From NCBI GenBank assembly GCA_965223005.1, contig CBDCVK010000002.1, positions 448,001 through 512,000 on the forward strand: a stretch of 64,000 nucleotides of DNA. The letters run 5' to 3'. The position numbers and the translations under genes were made by a program. The stretch's first letter is position 1; every line of letters begins with the position of its first letter. The DNA comes from Terriglobia bacterium. GTDB taxonomy: Bacteria > Acidobacteriota > Terriglobia > JAJPHL01 > JAPKYU01. Under the pieces are notes generated by a model, which saw only the letters and a list, made by a program, of their open reading frames with translations, was not told where the DNA came from and did no database searches. Shown here piece after piece: positions 24,913-34,305 of this stretch.

Positions 24913-27846
24913 ATGAAACAAGTTGTGAAGGGACTTGTGGCTGCCAGCTTCCTCCTGTTCTTCGGGCAGGCAGCTGATGTAGCGCAGCAGGTGCAAAGGG
25001 CTCGGCGGCTGGGCCAGGCCTACTACGAGGAGGGAAACTACCCGGCGGCCACTGAGCAGTTCCGGAGCGTGCTGCGCGCCCAACCGGGGGCCGGTGCGTT
25101 TGCAGATCACTTCAACCTGGGGCTGGCGCTGATTGGAGTCCAGGACGAAGAAGGGGCGCTGGCGGCTCTGGAGACGGCGCGGCAGATGAATCCCGGCTCG
25201 CCGGCGCCCTTGTATGGGCTGGCCATTCTCTACAAACACCGGGGACGTTTCCAGAAAGCGCTGGAATACTTCGAGCGTGCAGAAAAGGCCGGCGCCTCCG
25301 ACATTGCCACTCTGTTCAACACCGGTGTGGTCCTGATGTCGCAGGGTCGTCTGGAGGAAGCTCTGGGCTACTTCCAGCGCGTGCTGGATCGTGGCATTGA
25401 TTTTGGGCCGGGCTGGTACCTTTCAGCTGAATACCGCACGTCGCGCCTGCTGCGGCGGCTGGGTCGAGCCGAAGAAGCCACGCGCGTACTCCGCCGTTGG
25501 CAGGAGCACCGGAAGCAGCGGGGCGAGCCAGTCCAGACGGCTGCCATGCTGGAGCTAGGGCCGCTGGCCATTCCCCAGATCCCGGCCGAGGCTGCGCCGG
25601 CGCGCCGGAAGGTCGCTGCACCGGCTTTCGCCGCTCACGCTCCCCATCCGGCGTCCGATTTCCCGGTGGTCGAAACCTACACCGTTGTCTTCGACTACGA
25701 TGTGGACGGTGACCTGGATCGCCTCCTGATTCCGGCAGAATGCGGCCGCCCCCGCCTGGAGAGGAATAACGGCGCCGACGCGGCCGGCCAAGATACGTTT
25801 TCCGATATCACCAGCGCCGCTCAGGTTGTGGTTCCGGGCGACAAGCAAGTGTGTGGCGCGGCAGTTGCGGATTTCGACAACGATGACGACACCGACATCG
25901 CTGTCGCAGGCCCGGACGGCGCCTGGCTATTCTCCAACCTGCGGGGAGGCAAGTTTGGCGTATCGGCGCCGTTTGCCCAGGCCAAGGGAACAGCGGTGGC
26001 CACCGCAGACCTGGACGCGGACGGTGCCTTTGACTTGGTCTTTGGTTCCTCCGAAGGTGTTTCGGTGTGGTGGAATCGGGGCAGCCTGCTCGCGGAGATC
26101 GAGGGTGCAAAGGGCCCGTTCGCGCTGGGCGATCTGAATGGAGATGGGCTTCAGGATCTTGCGACGGTCGAGGTCTCGGAGAAAGGCAAAGCCCGTCTCC
26201 GCTTCTGGCTGAATTCAGCGGGACGGCGCTTCCAGCAGCGTGCCGGTCCCCCGCTGCCCGACGCAGTCACTGCCTTGAAAACACTGTACCTGCGCGAGGG
26301 AAAGCTCTCCCTGCTGGGGCGCGCCGAAAAGGGCCAGGTGTGGAAGCTGGACCGCGTGTCCCCGCAAACCCACTGGCTGCACCTCAACCTGGAGGGCGTG
26401 CGCAGTAACAAGACGGGAGTGGGGGCCGTGGTGGAGGTGAAGGCCGGCAATTTCTACGCGCGCGCCGTAGTCGGCGCCGAGCCGCTGACGATCGAGACTG
26501 GCGAGTTGAAGCGCGTGGACGTGGTGCGCGTCACCTGGCCCAACGGCATCGTACAGAACGTGATCGAAACCCCCACCAATCGCGCCGTGCGCGTGGCCGA
26601 GCAGGACCGGCTGGCCAGCTCCTGCCCGTTTCTTTACCTCTGGGACGGCAACGAATTCCGCTATTTCGGCGAGGTCTTGAGCATCACCCCACTGGGCGAG
26701 CCGGACGGGCGCGGCGGCTTCATTCTGCCCGGCTCGCACGAGAATGTCTTCTTGCCGGGGCAGCTGATGCGGGCGCGGGATGGCCGCTATGTCTTCCAAT
26801 TTACCGAAGAGCTGCGCGAAGCCGTCTACCTTGATGGCGTACGATTGGTGGCGCTGGACTATCCTACAGGCCTGCGGGCCTTTGTGGACGAGGCCTATCG
26901 CGGCGCCCCGTCGGACATCGCTCCGGTCGTGCTGGCGGATGTGAAGCCGGTTCCCTCCCGGCGGGAGCCAGCAGAACCCAGCCCAACAGAACCTAGCAAG
27001 GAAGTGTTACCCGGCTTGGTCGAGCCGTACGCCGAATACTTGGAGTTGCCGCCCGGCGCCGACTTCCTGGTGCTGCGCGGCTGGACCTACTGGATGGATT
27101 CCAACGTCGCCACGGCCGCCAGCCAAAATCCGCTGCGCGTGGCCGTGCCCCCGCGGCTGGAGGCGCGCCGGCCCGACGGCACCTGGCAAACCGTGGTGGC
27201 GGATCTGGGCTTGCCTTCCGGCCGAAGCCGCTTCGTGCTGGCTGACTTGCGTGACCGGCTGGACTTTGCCTGGCCAGAGAGCCGGGAAGCCACGCCACTC
27301 CCGCTGCGCATCGTCACCAACTTACGCGTTTCCTGGGATGAAATCCTGGCGGGCAAGCTGGCCGGAAGCCCGCGCCGGATCGAGCGCCGGGCGCAGGCCG
27401 CGGACTTGCATTACCGGGGCTTCTCGTTTCCGACGATTTCGCCCACGCGAAGCGCGGCGGATGATTACGACTACTCGCGGCTGATGGCCGGGGCACCCTG
27501 GAGTGCGATTTCCGGGCGCTACACCCGCTACGGGAATGTCCTGCCTCTGGTAGGGGCCGAAGATGACCGGCTTGTCGTCCTGGCGGCAGGCGACGAGTTG
27601 ACTCTGGAATTTTCTGCTGCCTTTCCCCCTCTGCCCGACGGCTGGCAGCGCGACTTCGTTCTGGAGCTTTCCGGCTGGGTTAAGGCAGGGGAATTCAACA
27701 CGGCAAGTTCGGGGCGTGTCGAACCGCTGCCATTTCGGGGTATGAAACAGTATCCCTACAACGCGGTCTCCACGGCCGGCTGGCAGCGGCGCTGGCTCAC
27801 GCGGCGTCCCTTGCCGCACCTCCTACCTCTGGCTCCCGCCTACTAG
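24913..27846 (+). CDS. Secreted TPR + FG-GAP/VCBS + ASPIC/UnbV (CRTAC1-like) protein
   Basis: Signal peptide; TPRs; DYDVDGDLD, DFDNDDDTD, DLDADGAFD, DLNGDGLQD; SNKTGVGAVVEV..VTWPNG; SCPFLYLWDG C-module. Confidence 0.85.
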   Translation: MKQVVKGLVAASFLLFFGQAADVAQQVQRARRLGQAYYEEGNYPAATEQFRSVLRAQPGAGAFADHFNLGLALIGVQDEEGALAALETARQMNPGSPAPLYGLAILYKHRGRFQKALEYFERAEKAGASDIATLFNTGVVLMSQGRLEEALGYFQRVLDRGIDFGPGWYLSAEYRTSRLLRRLGRAEEATRVLRRWQEHRKQRGEPVQTAAMLELGPLAIPQIPAEAAPARRKVAAPAFAAHAPHPASDFPVVETYTVVFDYDVDGDLDRLLIPAECGRPRLERNNGADAAGQDTFSDITSAAQVVVPGDKQVCGAAVADFDNDDDTDIAVAGPDGAWLFSNLRGGKFGVSAPFAQAKGTAVATADLDADGAFDLVFGSSEGVSVWWNRGSLLAEIEGAKGPFALGDLNGDGLQDLATVEVSEKGKARLRFWLNSAGRRFQQRAGPPLPDAVTALKTLYLREGKLSLLGRAEKGQVWKLDRVSPQTHWLHLNLEGVRSNKTGVGAVVEVKAGNFYARAVVGAEPLTIETGELKRVDVVRVTWPNGIVQNVIETPTNRAVRVAEQDRLASSCPFLYLWDGNEFRYFGEVLSITPLGEPDGRGGFILPGSHENVFLPGQLMRARDGRYVFQFTEELREAVYLDGVRLVALDYPTGLRAFVDEAYRGAPSDIAPVVLADVKPVPSRREPAEPSPTEPSKEVLPGLVEPYAEYLELPPGADFLVLRGWTYWMDSNVATAASQNPLRVAVPPRLEARRPDGTWQTVVADLGLPSGRSRFVLADLRDRLDFAWPESREATPLPLRIVTNLRVSWDEILAGKLAGSPRRIERRAQAADLHYRGFSFPTISPTRSAADDYDYSRLMAGAPWSAISGRYTRYGNVLPLVGAEDDRLVVLAAGDELTLEFSAAFPPLPDGWQRDFVLELSGWVKAGEFNTASSGRVEPLPFRGMKQYPYNAVSTAGWQRRWLTRRPLPHLLPLAPAY

Positions 27847-27848
27847 GC

Positions 27849-27891
27849 TGAGAGATGGCCTGAGCGATGGAATGAGAGATGGAATGATTGG
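27849..27891 (+). repeat. Degenerate 12-bp tandem repeat (about 3.5 copies)
   Basis: TGAGAGATGGCC TGAGCGATGGAA TGAGAGATGGAA TGATTGG. Confidence 0.7.
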
Positions 27892-27930
27892 TCCAAAATC
27901 GAAAGAGACATTTCCCTGCAGCTGACGCTT

Positions 27931-28255
27931 TCACTTCCAGGCAGCGGCCCTGGCCTGGAGGAACTCGTCCAGCATCTGCCGAACTTCCGTCTTTACCCCC
28001 ATGAACTCCACTCCCATGCCGACTTCCGGATCTACATAACGCACCACGCACTCGATTTCCGGTATCTCATGGACCATAGCGATGAAGACTTGCTCTGCGA
28101 ACCGGGCGGGTTTGTTTGTGAGCACATAGCAGCCCCCAACACTCATGTTGCTTACCGTACCGTTGCCGGTCTTGCTCTCGCCGCGCCATTGCGCCACGAG
28201 CGGCGGCCGGAGGCTAAGCCCGCGGATATCTGCGCAGTTCCTTAGCGTCAGGCAC
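27931..28255 (-). pseudogene. PilZ domain gene with an apparent 1-nt frameshift near 28219-28221
   Basis: GTG 28255 gives [13 protein letters not shown] (RxxxR); NMSVGG..VVRY..GMGVEF lies in another frame; removing one G joins them. Confidence 0.65.
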
Positions 28256-28367
28256 GGGAACCCCATTCTATCGGGTTTCTCTCGGCGAAAGCTATGGCTG
28301 TGCGCGGGCTGACTGTCACAAGCGTTTGGCTTGCGGGCCTGCGGGTGCCGGGGGCATCATAGCCGCC

Positions 28368-28781
28368 ATGAAATTCCACACCGAATACCTGACGTTCCAC
28401 ACGCAACAACGCCGGGAATACATCAACATCACCGCCCAGGTACAAAAGGCACTGGGGGAAAGCGGCATCCGGGAAGGGATCGCGCTGGTTTCCGCCATGC
28501 ACATTACTGCCGCCGTGTACGTCAACGACGCCGAGGAGGGCCTGATCCAGGACATTGACGAATGGCTGGACCGGCTGGCGCCCTACCGGCGTGATTACCG
28601 CCATCACCGCACCGGAGAGGACAACGGCGACGCGCACCTGAAGAACCTGCTCATCCACCACCAGGTGCTGCTGCCCGTCACCGCGGGCAAGCTGGACCTG
28701 GGGCCCTGGCAGCAGGTCTACTACGCCGAGTTCGATGGCCAGCGGCGCAAGCGGCTGATCATCAAAATCCTGGGGGAATAG
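28368..28781 (+). CDS. yjbQ: YjbQ/UPF0047 family protein
   Basis: [38 protein letters not shown]. Confidence 0.9.
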   Translation: MKFHTEYLTFHTQQRREYINITAQVQKALGESGIREGIALVSAMHITAAVYVNDAEEGLIQDIDEWLDRLAPYRRDYRHHRTGEDNGDAHLKNLLIHHQVLLPVTAGKLDLGPWQQVYYAEFDGQRRKRLIIKILGE

Positions 28782-28844
28782 ACGCGGGTCTCGCGGGGCC
28801 GGGGCTGCCCGATACGCTACACTCACGCCTGCTCTGGCGAACGC

Positions 28845-29390
28845 TTAGCTAATCTCTCGGATCCGCGATTGGAGCTGCTTCAAATCAATTGGTTTGAACA
28901 GGTACGGGCAGCCGGATTCCTGCAGGAAGCGGAGCGTTTTCTCGCTCTGGTCGCCCGTCAGGAAGAGGACCTTGTCCGTGTAGTCGGGCAGATAGACTGC
29001 CAAGAAGCGGTACAGGCTGCGCCCGTCGAAACCGGGCATGAGAATGTCAGAGACAATGGCGTCGAAGTCCGCGGCCTGCAGCTTCTGGACGGCTTGGTCG
29101 GCGGAAATGGCAGTTTCCACCACGTAGTCGTCTGAGTGCAGCATCATCTGGAGCACCTGCAGGGTGTGCCGATCGTCGTCAATCACCAACAGGCGGCGAG
29201 GCGCGGCCTCGCGTCTCGGTTGAGGCTCCCGGCGGCTCGGCAGCGTTAACTTCCAGGACGTCTCTTGCCCGCACTGTTCGCACGGCACCTGCACTGTGCC
29301 TTCGGCCAGCAGCAACGCAAAATCGGTTTCATTCAGGGGGAGGACTTGTTCGGTTGCGCACTGTTCACAAGAGAGCATACAGGCTGGCAT
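28845..29390 (-). CDS. Response regulator: N-terminal CxxC..CxxC Zn-ribbon + receiver domain
   Basis: CEQC-x25-CEQC; LVIDDD, SDILMPGFDG, FLTG, FKP. Confidence 0.85.
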   Translation of the reverse strand: MPACMLSCEQCATEQVLPLNETDFALLLAEGTVQVPCEQCGQETSWKLTLPSRREPQPRREAAPRRLLVIDDDRHTLQVLQMMLHSDDYVVETAISADQAVQKLQAADFDAIVSDILMPGFDGRSLYRFLAVYLPDYTDKVLFLTGDQSEKTLRFLQESGCPYLFKPIDLKQLQSRIREIS

Positions 29391-29418
29391 TGCAGTGAAC
29401 CCTCGTGGGTGCTGGAGA

Positions 29419-31491
29419 TCAGGACGGTTTCTGCCAGGCGTAGACGTCGCGGTTGTCCACCTGCCTGGGTACCTGCACAAAATCTTCCCGGCTCGCCAGG
29501 CTCCGGTACACATCTCCGGACACCCACAGGCTGTCCACTGCCGCGTACTTTTGCAGGTGCCCCGCTACGTCAATGGTCTCATCGCTGATATCTTCCAGGG
29601 GCTTGGTATCGGGCACCATCACCTCACCCGCGTTCAGGCCGCAGCGGACATGGAACTTGATTCGGAGTTGGTGGACGTCGCGGTTGAACCAGTCCAGTTC
29701 CACCAAGAGCTTGCGGGCCATCGTCGAGGCATCCTCTACTGATGGAAAGCAGCTCATTACCCCGTCAGGGGTCCAGGCCACCTTGTAGGCGCGGTATTCG
29801 TGGAACAGGTGCTCCAGGAATTTCTTGTACTCGGTGAAAGCGTGTTCCACCACAATCTTGTCTTCGCCCAGCTTCATCTTCGTGGAGCCGACGACGTCAA
29901 TGGAAAGAAAGGCCAGTTCCTTTTTCACCTCGCCCAGGATGCGCTTGGCAGCGGCGTAGTCGCGCAGCAGCGACATCCGGGAGGCATCGCGCCCCACTCC
30001 GGCGCCGGCCTGGCCTGGCCGGCCGCCACTGATGTGGGCGCCACCAGTAGCAACGGCCGGGCGGGTCAGCAGCGGCTTGCGGAGCCACGACTCCAGCCCT
30101 TCCACGCGCCCAATTGCCACCTGCGCCACGATGTAAGTGAGCAGTGCCAGTCCGATCAGCAGGAAGTTGAAGTTCTGGTAGGTCAGGTCTACGTTGATCA
30201 CGCCGTAGGCGAAGGCCAACAGCGGGTCAATGGCTTCGTGCAGCCAGCGAACTGGGGTTAGACCGCGGACGCGCTCGGGGCGGAACAGGGGCAGCGTGAA
30301 CAAGGCTACGCAGCCCATGGCGTAGACGATAGCGACCAAACCCAGGCCTTTGCGAAGTACGGACAGTCCGGTGCAGGCCCCCAGGCGCCAGGCGCGCTCT
30401 GCAGGGGAAACCGCGGCGTGCCTGGCAACCGAGGGGGTAAAGGCACCTGAATCGCGCGCAGGCGGCGCCGGCTGGGGAGCCACCGCCGGAGCAGGCACGG
30501 CCACCGTGGCGACCCCGCCGGGCGGGGTCACGGCCGGTGTTGCCGCCTGGGGAGTCGGCGGCACCAGTTCGCTCAATTTCTCTGCAGGCGGCGCTGTCAC
30601 CTGGAGATCCCGGCCCGGCTGCATCACCACCGTGCCGCTCCAATCCCGACCGCTGTCAATTTGCTGCTTCATGGCCCGCAAGTCGACTAGCAGGCGCACC
30701 GCATTCTGGTAGCGCTGCTCCCGGTTCTTCTCCAAACACTTGGCGATCACGCCTCCCAGCGTGGGCGAGACGTCCGGATTGACGTCGGTCGCGGAGGGAC
30801 ATGGCTGGTTCAAGATCTTGGCCAGCACGACGTTGGGGGAACCGCCGCTAAAGGGCAGCTTGCCGGTGGCCATCTCAAAGAGCACCACTCCGGTCGAGTA
30901 GATATCGGTGCGGGCATCCAGATCGGCTCCCAGCGCCTGTTCTGGTGACATGTGACTGATGGTGCCCATCACCATGCCGGCGCTGGTGCGGAAGGCATCG
31001 TGGGCCTGCGCTCCCGCCTTCTCGACCATCTTGGCCAGGCCGAAGTCCAAGATCTTCACCTGGCCCCGGTCCGTCACCATGATGTTTTCTGACTTGATGT
31101 CGCGGTGGATAATGGCTTTTTCGTCGGCCAAGCTCAGCGCGTCGACGAGCTGGATGGCAATTTCCAGCAACTGGCGGGGGGGCAGCGGCCCTTGTTTGAG
31201 CATGTCTTTCAGGGTCTTGCCTTCGACGAACTCCATCACCAGATAACGCAAGTCGTCCTTGACTCCGAACTCGTAGATGGTGGTGATGTTCGCGTGCTGC
31301 AGCTTGGAGGCTGTCTTGGCTTCGCGCAGGAAGCGGCCCAAGGACTCCTCGTCGCGCTGGGCCTGGGGTGGCAGGATCTTGATGGCCACCGGGCGGTCCA
31401 GGTTCGTGTCATCGGCCCGGTAGACGACACCCATGCCGCCTTCTCCCAGTTTGCCCACGATTTTGAAGTGCGAGAGGGTCTCCCCGATCAT
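29419..31491 (-). CDS. Hanks Ser/Thr kinase - 2TM - class III nucleotide cyclase-like fusion
   Basis: GEGGMG, VAIK, HRDIKSEN, DFG, MSPE; two hydrophobic helices; SIDVVGST, TPDGVM, RCGLNAGEV. Confidence 0.88.
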   Translation of the reverse strand: MIGETLSHFKIVGKLGEGGMGVVYRADDTNLDRPVAIKILPPQAQRDEESLGRFLREAKTASKLQHANITTIYEFGVKDDLRYLVMEFVEGKTLKDMLKQGPLPPRQLLEIAIQLVDALSLADEKAIIHRDIKSENIMVTDRGQVKILDFGLAKMVEKAGAQAHDAFRTSAGMVMGTISHMSPEQALGADLDARTDIYSTGVVLFEMATGKLPFSGGSPNVVLAKILNQPCPSATDVNPDVSPTLGGVIAKCLEKNREQRYQNAVRLLVDLRAMKQQIDSGRDWSGTVVMQPGRDLQVTAPPAEKLSELVPPTPQAATPAVTPPGGVATVAVPAPAVAPQPAPPARDSGAFTPSVARHAAVSPAERAWRLGACTGLSVLRKGLGLVAIVYAMGCVALFTLPLFRPERVRGLTPVRWLHEAIDPLLAFAYGVINVDLTYQNFNFLLIGLALLTYIVAQVAIGRVEGLESWLRKPLLTRPAVATGGAHISGGRPGQAGAGVGRDASRMSLLRDYAAAKRILGEVKKELAFLSIDVVGSTKMKLGEDKIVVEHAFTEYKKFLEHLFHEYRAYKVAWTPDGVMSCFPSVEDASTMARKLLVELDWFNRDVHQLRIKFHVRCGLNAGEVMVPDTKPLEDISDETIDVAGHLQKYAAVDSLWVSGDVYRSLASREDFVQVPRQVDNRDVYAWQKPS

Positions 31492-31705
31492 CCGCGCACA
31501 CCTTGCCCCGGCTTCTGTCTGCTCATCATACACGGAAGCCGTGAATCTAGAAGAGCTCTTTCTGGGTACCCCGGTTGCCTAGACTCGGCACCCGTGCGTT
31601 GGAACGGCGAGCGAGAGGATCTTCGTTTGCATCCCTGCTGGGCCGCCCGCGCCGGCCGGACGTTGGACAGGCGCCCTGCGCGCCAAGTCCCCGTTTGCTG
31701 TCCGG

Positions 31706-34150
31706 TTAGGCCACCGCTGGCGCAGGCTGCCGGGTCGGGGAGGCGGGCGGCCTCGGCTCCTGCGGGCTCAGAGCCAGGTCGATGACTTCGTCAATTGTCT
31801 TAACGTAGTGGACGGTAAGGCCTTCCAGTTGAGTGGGCTTGAGGTCTTCTTCGACGTTGATTTGGTTTTCGCGAGGCAACACAACCTCGGTAATCCCGGC
31901 TCGCTTGGCGGCCAGCACCTTCTCCTTGATACCACCCACTGGCAGGACCAGGCCGCTGAGGGTGATCTCGCCGGTCATCGCCACGTTGGGACGGACGCGT
32001 CGTCCGCCCAGCAACGAAGCCAGTGCACTCACCATGGTGACGCCGGCCGAGGGGCCGTCCTTGGGGATGGCGCCGGCGGGCACGTGGATGTGCAAGTCGT
32101 GCTGGTCGAAGAAGTCGGCCGCCACCGGGAAGCGCTCGTAGTGCGAGCGAACCCAACTCAGCGCTGCCTGCATGGATTCCTGCATGACCGGGCCGAGGTG
32201 GCCGGTCATGATGAGGCCCTTGTGCCCTCCCTTCATCTTGTTGGCCTCGACGAACAGGATGTCGCCGCCGGCTGGAGTCCAGGCCAAGCCCACGGCGACG
32301 CCGGGCAGGGCCGTGCGATCCGCCACTTCGGTTTCCAGGCGTAGCTTGGGCCCGCCCAGGAACTCGCGCACCGCTTCCTGGCCAACGACGAACGGCACCT
32401 CGGTGAGGGTGCCCTCGGCCTTGCGCCGCGCTACCTTGCGGCAGATGGTGCCCAGCCCGCGCTCCAGGTTGCGCACGCCAGCTTCGCGCGTGTAAAGGCG
32501 GATCACTTGGTGCACCGCCTCCTCGCTGAACTGGATGACCACCGGAGTCGGCTGCGCCTCAGCCTTACCGTCGGCGGGGGCAAGCCCGTTCTCTAGGATC
32601 TGCCTGGGGATCAGGTACTGGAAGGCGATCTGCACCTTCTCGTCCTCGGTGTAGCCTGGCAGCTCGATCGTCTCCATGCGGTCGCGCAGCGGATCAGGAA
32701 CCGGGTCCAGCACATTGGCAGTCGTAATGAACAGCACCTTGGAGAGGTCGAACGGCACGTCCAGGTAGTTGTCGCGGAACTGGAAATTTTGCTCCGGGTC
32801 GAGCACTTCCAGCAGGGCCGAGGCGGGGTCGCCGCGGAAATCGCGCCCGACCTTGTCCACCTCGTCCAGCATGAACACCGGGTCGTTGGTCTCGGCGCGG
32901 CGAATGCCCTGGATGATCTGGCCGGGCAGAGCGCCGATGTAGGTGCGGCGGTGACCGCGAATTTCCGCCTCGTCATGGATTCCGCCCAGCGACAGGCGGA
33001 CGAACTTGCGGCCCAGGGCGCGGGCGATGGACCTTCCGAGCGAGGTTTTGCCCACGCCGGGAGGTCCGACGAAGCACAAGATCGGTCCCTTCATCCCGGG
33101 CTTCAGTTGCAGGACGGCCAGGTAATCCAGAATCCGCTCCTTGACCTTCTCCAGGTCGTAGTGGTCGGCATCGAGGATGTTGTGCGCCTTCCGCACGTCC
33201 ACCTGCTCGCCACTGGAGCGAGTCCAGGGGAGGGCCACCAGCCAGTCCAGATAGTTGCGGGTGACGCCGTAATCGGGCGAGGCCGGGTTGAGGCGCATGA
33301 GTCGCTTCAATTCCCGGAGAGCTTCGCGCTGCACCTGCTCGGGCATGGCCAATTGTTCGATCTTCTGCCGCAGCTCTTCCAGCTCGCGCTGCGAGTCGTC
33401 GGCCTCGCCCAGTTCCTTTTGGATGGCCTTGAGCTGCTCGCGCAGGTAAAACTCGCGCTGGGTGGCCGAAAGCTGATCCTGCACCTCAGACTGCAGTTTG
33501 GAGCGGACCTGTTGAACCTCGACCTCCTTGGCCAGGTGGCGGTGGATGGTGTGCAGCCGCGCCGCCGGATCGTCGAGCTCCAGCATCTCCTGGCGCGTGG
33601 CAGAGTTAAGCGAGGGCAGAGAACTGGCGACAAAGTCGGCAAGCCGGCCCGGCTCCTCCAGGCGGGCGACAATGCCCAGCAGGTCGTCGGAAATCGACGG
33701 AGAGGCGGCCACAATCTGCTGAAACAGCGTCACCACGTTGCGCATCAACGCTTCCAGCTCCACCGAAGACTCCGCGTCGCTCTCGGCCAGGCGCGTGAAA
33801 CGGGCCTTCAGAAACGGCTCGCGCTGGGTGTACTCCAGCTGCCTCAGGCGCACGATGCCTTCACAGAGCACAAACAGAGGCTGGTTGGGCATACGCACGA
33901 TCTTGTGCACGGTTGCCAGCGTGCCCACCGTATACAGGTCCTCCGGGCCAGGCGCTTCCACCTGCGGATCCCGCTGAGTGATAACAGCCACCAGCTTGTC
34001 CTCGCCCAGCGAATTCAATAGCGCCACCGAGCTTTCCCGTCCGACGCTGAGGGGCAGCACCGCATGCGGGAACAAGACCGTATCCCGCACCGCAAAAACA
34101 GGAAACTCTGCGGGGAACTCAAGCACGTTCTCATTGCCATTGTGTTCCAT
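31706..34150 (-). CDS. lon: Lon protease (endopeptidase La)
   Basis: GPPGVGKTS, RTYIGALPG, PKDGPSAG, GGIKEK. Confidence 0.97.
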   Translation of the reverse strand: MEHNGNENVLEFPAEFPVFAVRDTVLFPHAVLPLSVGRESSVALLNSLGEDKLVAVITQRDPQVEAPGPEDLYTVGTLATVHKIVRMPNQPLFVLCEGIVRLRQLEYTQREPFLKARFTRLAESDAESSVELEALMRNVVTLFQQIVAASPSISDDLLGIVARLEEPGRLADFVASSLPSLNSATRQEMLELDDPAARLHTIHRHLAKEVEVQQVRSKLQSEVQDQLSATQREFYLREQLKAIQKELGEADDSQRELEELRQKIEQLAMPEQVQREALRELKRLMRLNPASPDYGVTRNYLDWLVALPWTRSSGEQVDVRKAHNILDADHYDLEKVKERILDYLAVLQLKPGMKGPILCFVGPPGVGKTSLGRSIARALGRKFVRLSLGGIHDEAEIRGHRRTYIGALPGQIIQGIRRAETNDPVFMLDEVDKVGRDFRGDPASALLEVLDPEQNFQFRDNYLDVPFDLSKVLFITTANVLDPVPDPLRDRMETIELPGYTEDEKVQIAFQYLIPRQILENGLAPADGKAEAQPTPVVIQFSEEAVHQVIRLYTREAGVRNLERGLGTICRKVARRKAEGTLTEVPFVVGQEAVREFLGGPKLRLETEVADRTALPGVAVGLAWTPAGGDILFVEANKMKGGHKGLIMTGHLGPVMQESMQAALSWVRSHYERFPVAADFFDQHDLHIHVPAGAIPKDGPSAGVTMVSALASLLGGRRVRPNVAMTGEITLSGLVLPVGGIKEKVLAAKRAGITEVVLPRENQINVEEDLKPTQLEGLTVHYVKTIDEVIDLALSPQEPRPPASPTRQPAPAVA

Positions 34151-34204
34151 AGCGTCCTCGTCGGCGGCCCCCGCCCTTAAGGCGCGAGCAGCCCTCCCTC
34201 CGTA

Positions 34205-34233
34205 TTAGATCGGAACCCGGTGGGTAAAGTTTC
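34205..34233 (-). promoter_or_regulatory. Putative ECF-type promoter upstream of lon
   Basis: Minus strand GAAACT-N17-ATCTAA. Confidence 0.5.
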
Positions 34234-34305
34234 AACAGGCCGCTGGCCATACAAGCCAGCACTGCCCGAGCGCTCTCGCCCGGGCGTTCCCGGTAGAATA
34301 GTAGT

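Noticed and set aside
28214-28222. Programmed +1 frameshift at GCT TAG in the PilZ gene
   Set aside because: GCU to CUU does not allow tRNA re-pairing as in prfB; an indel is simpler
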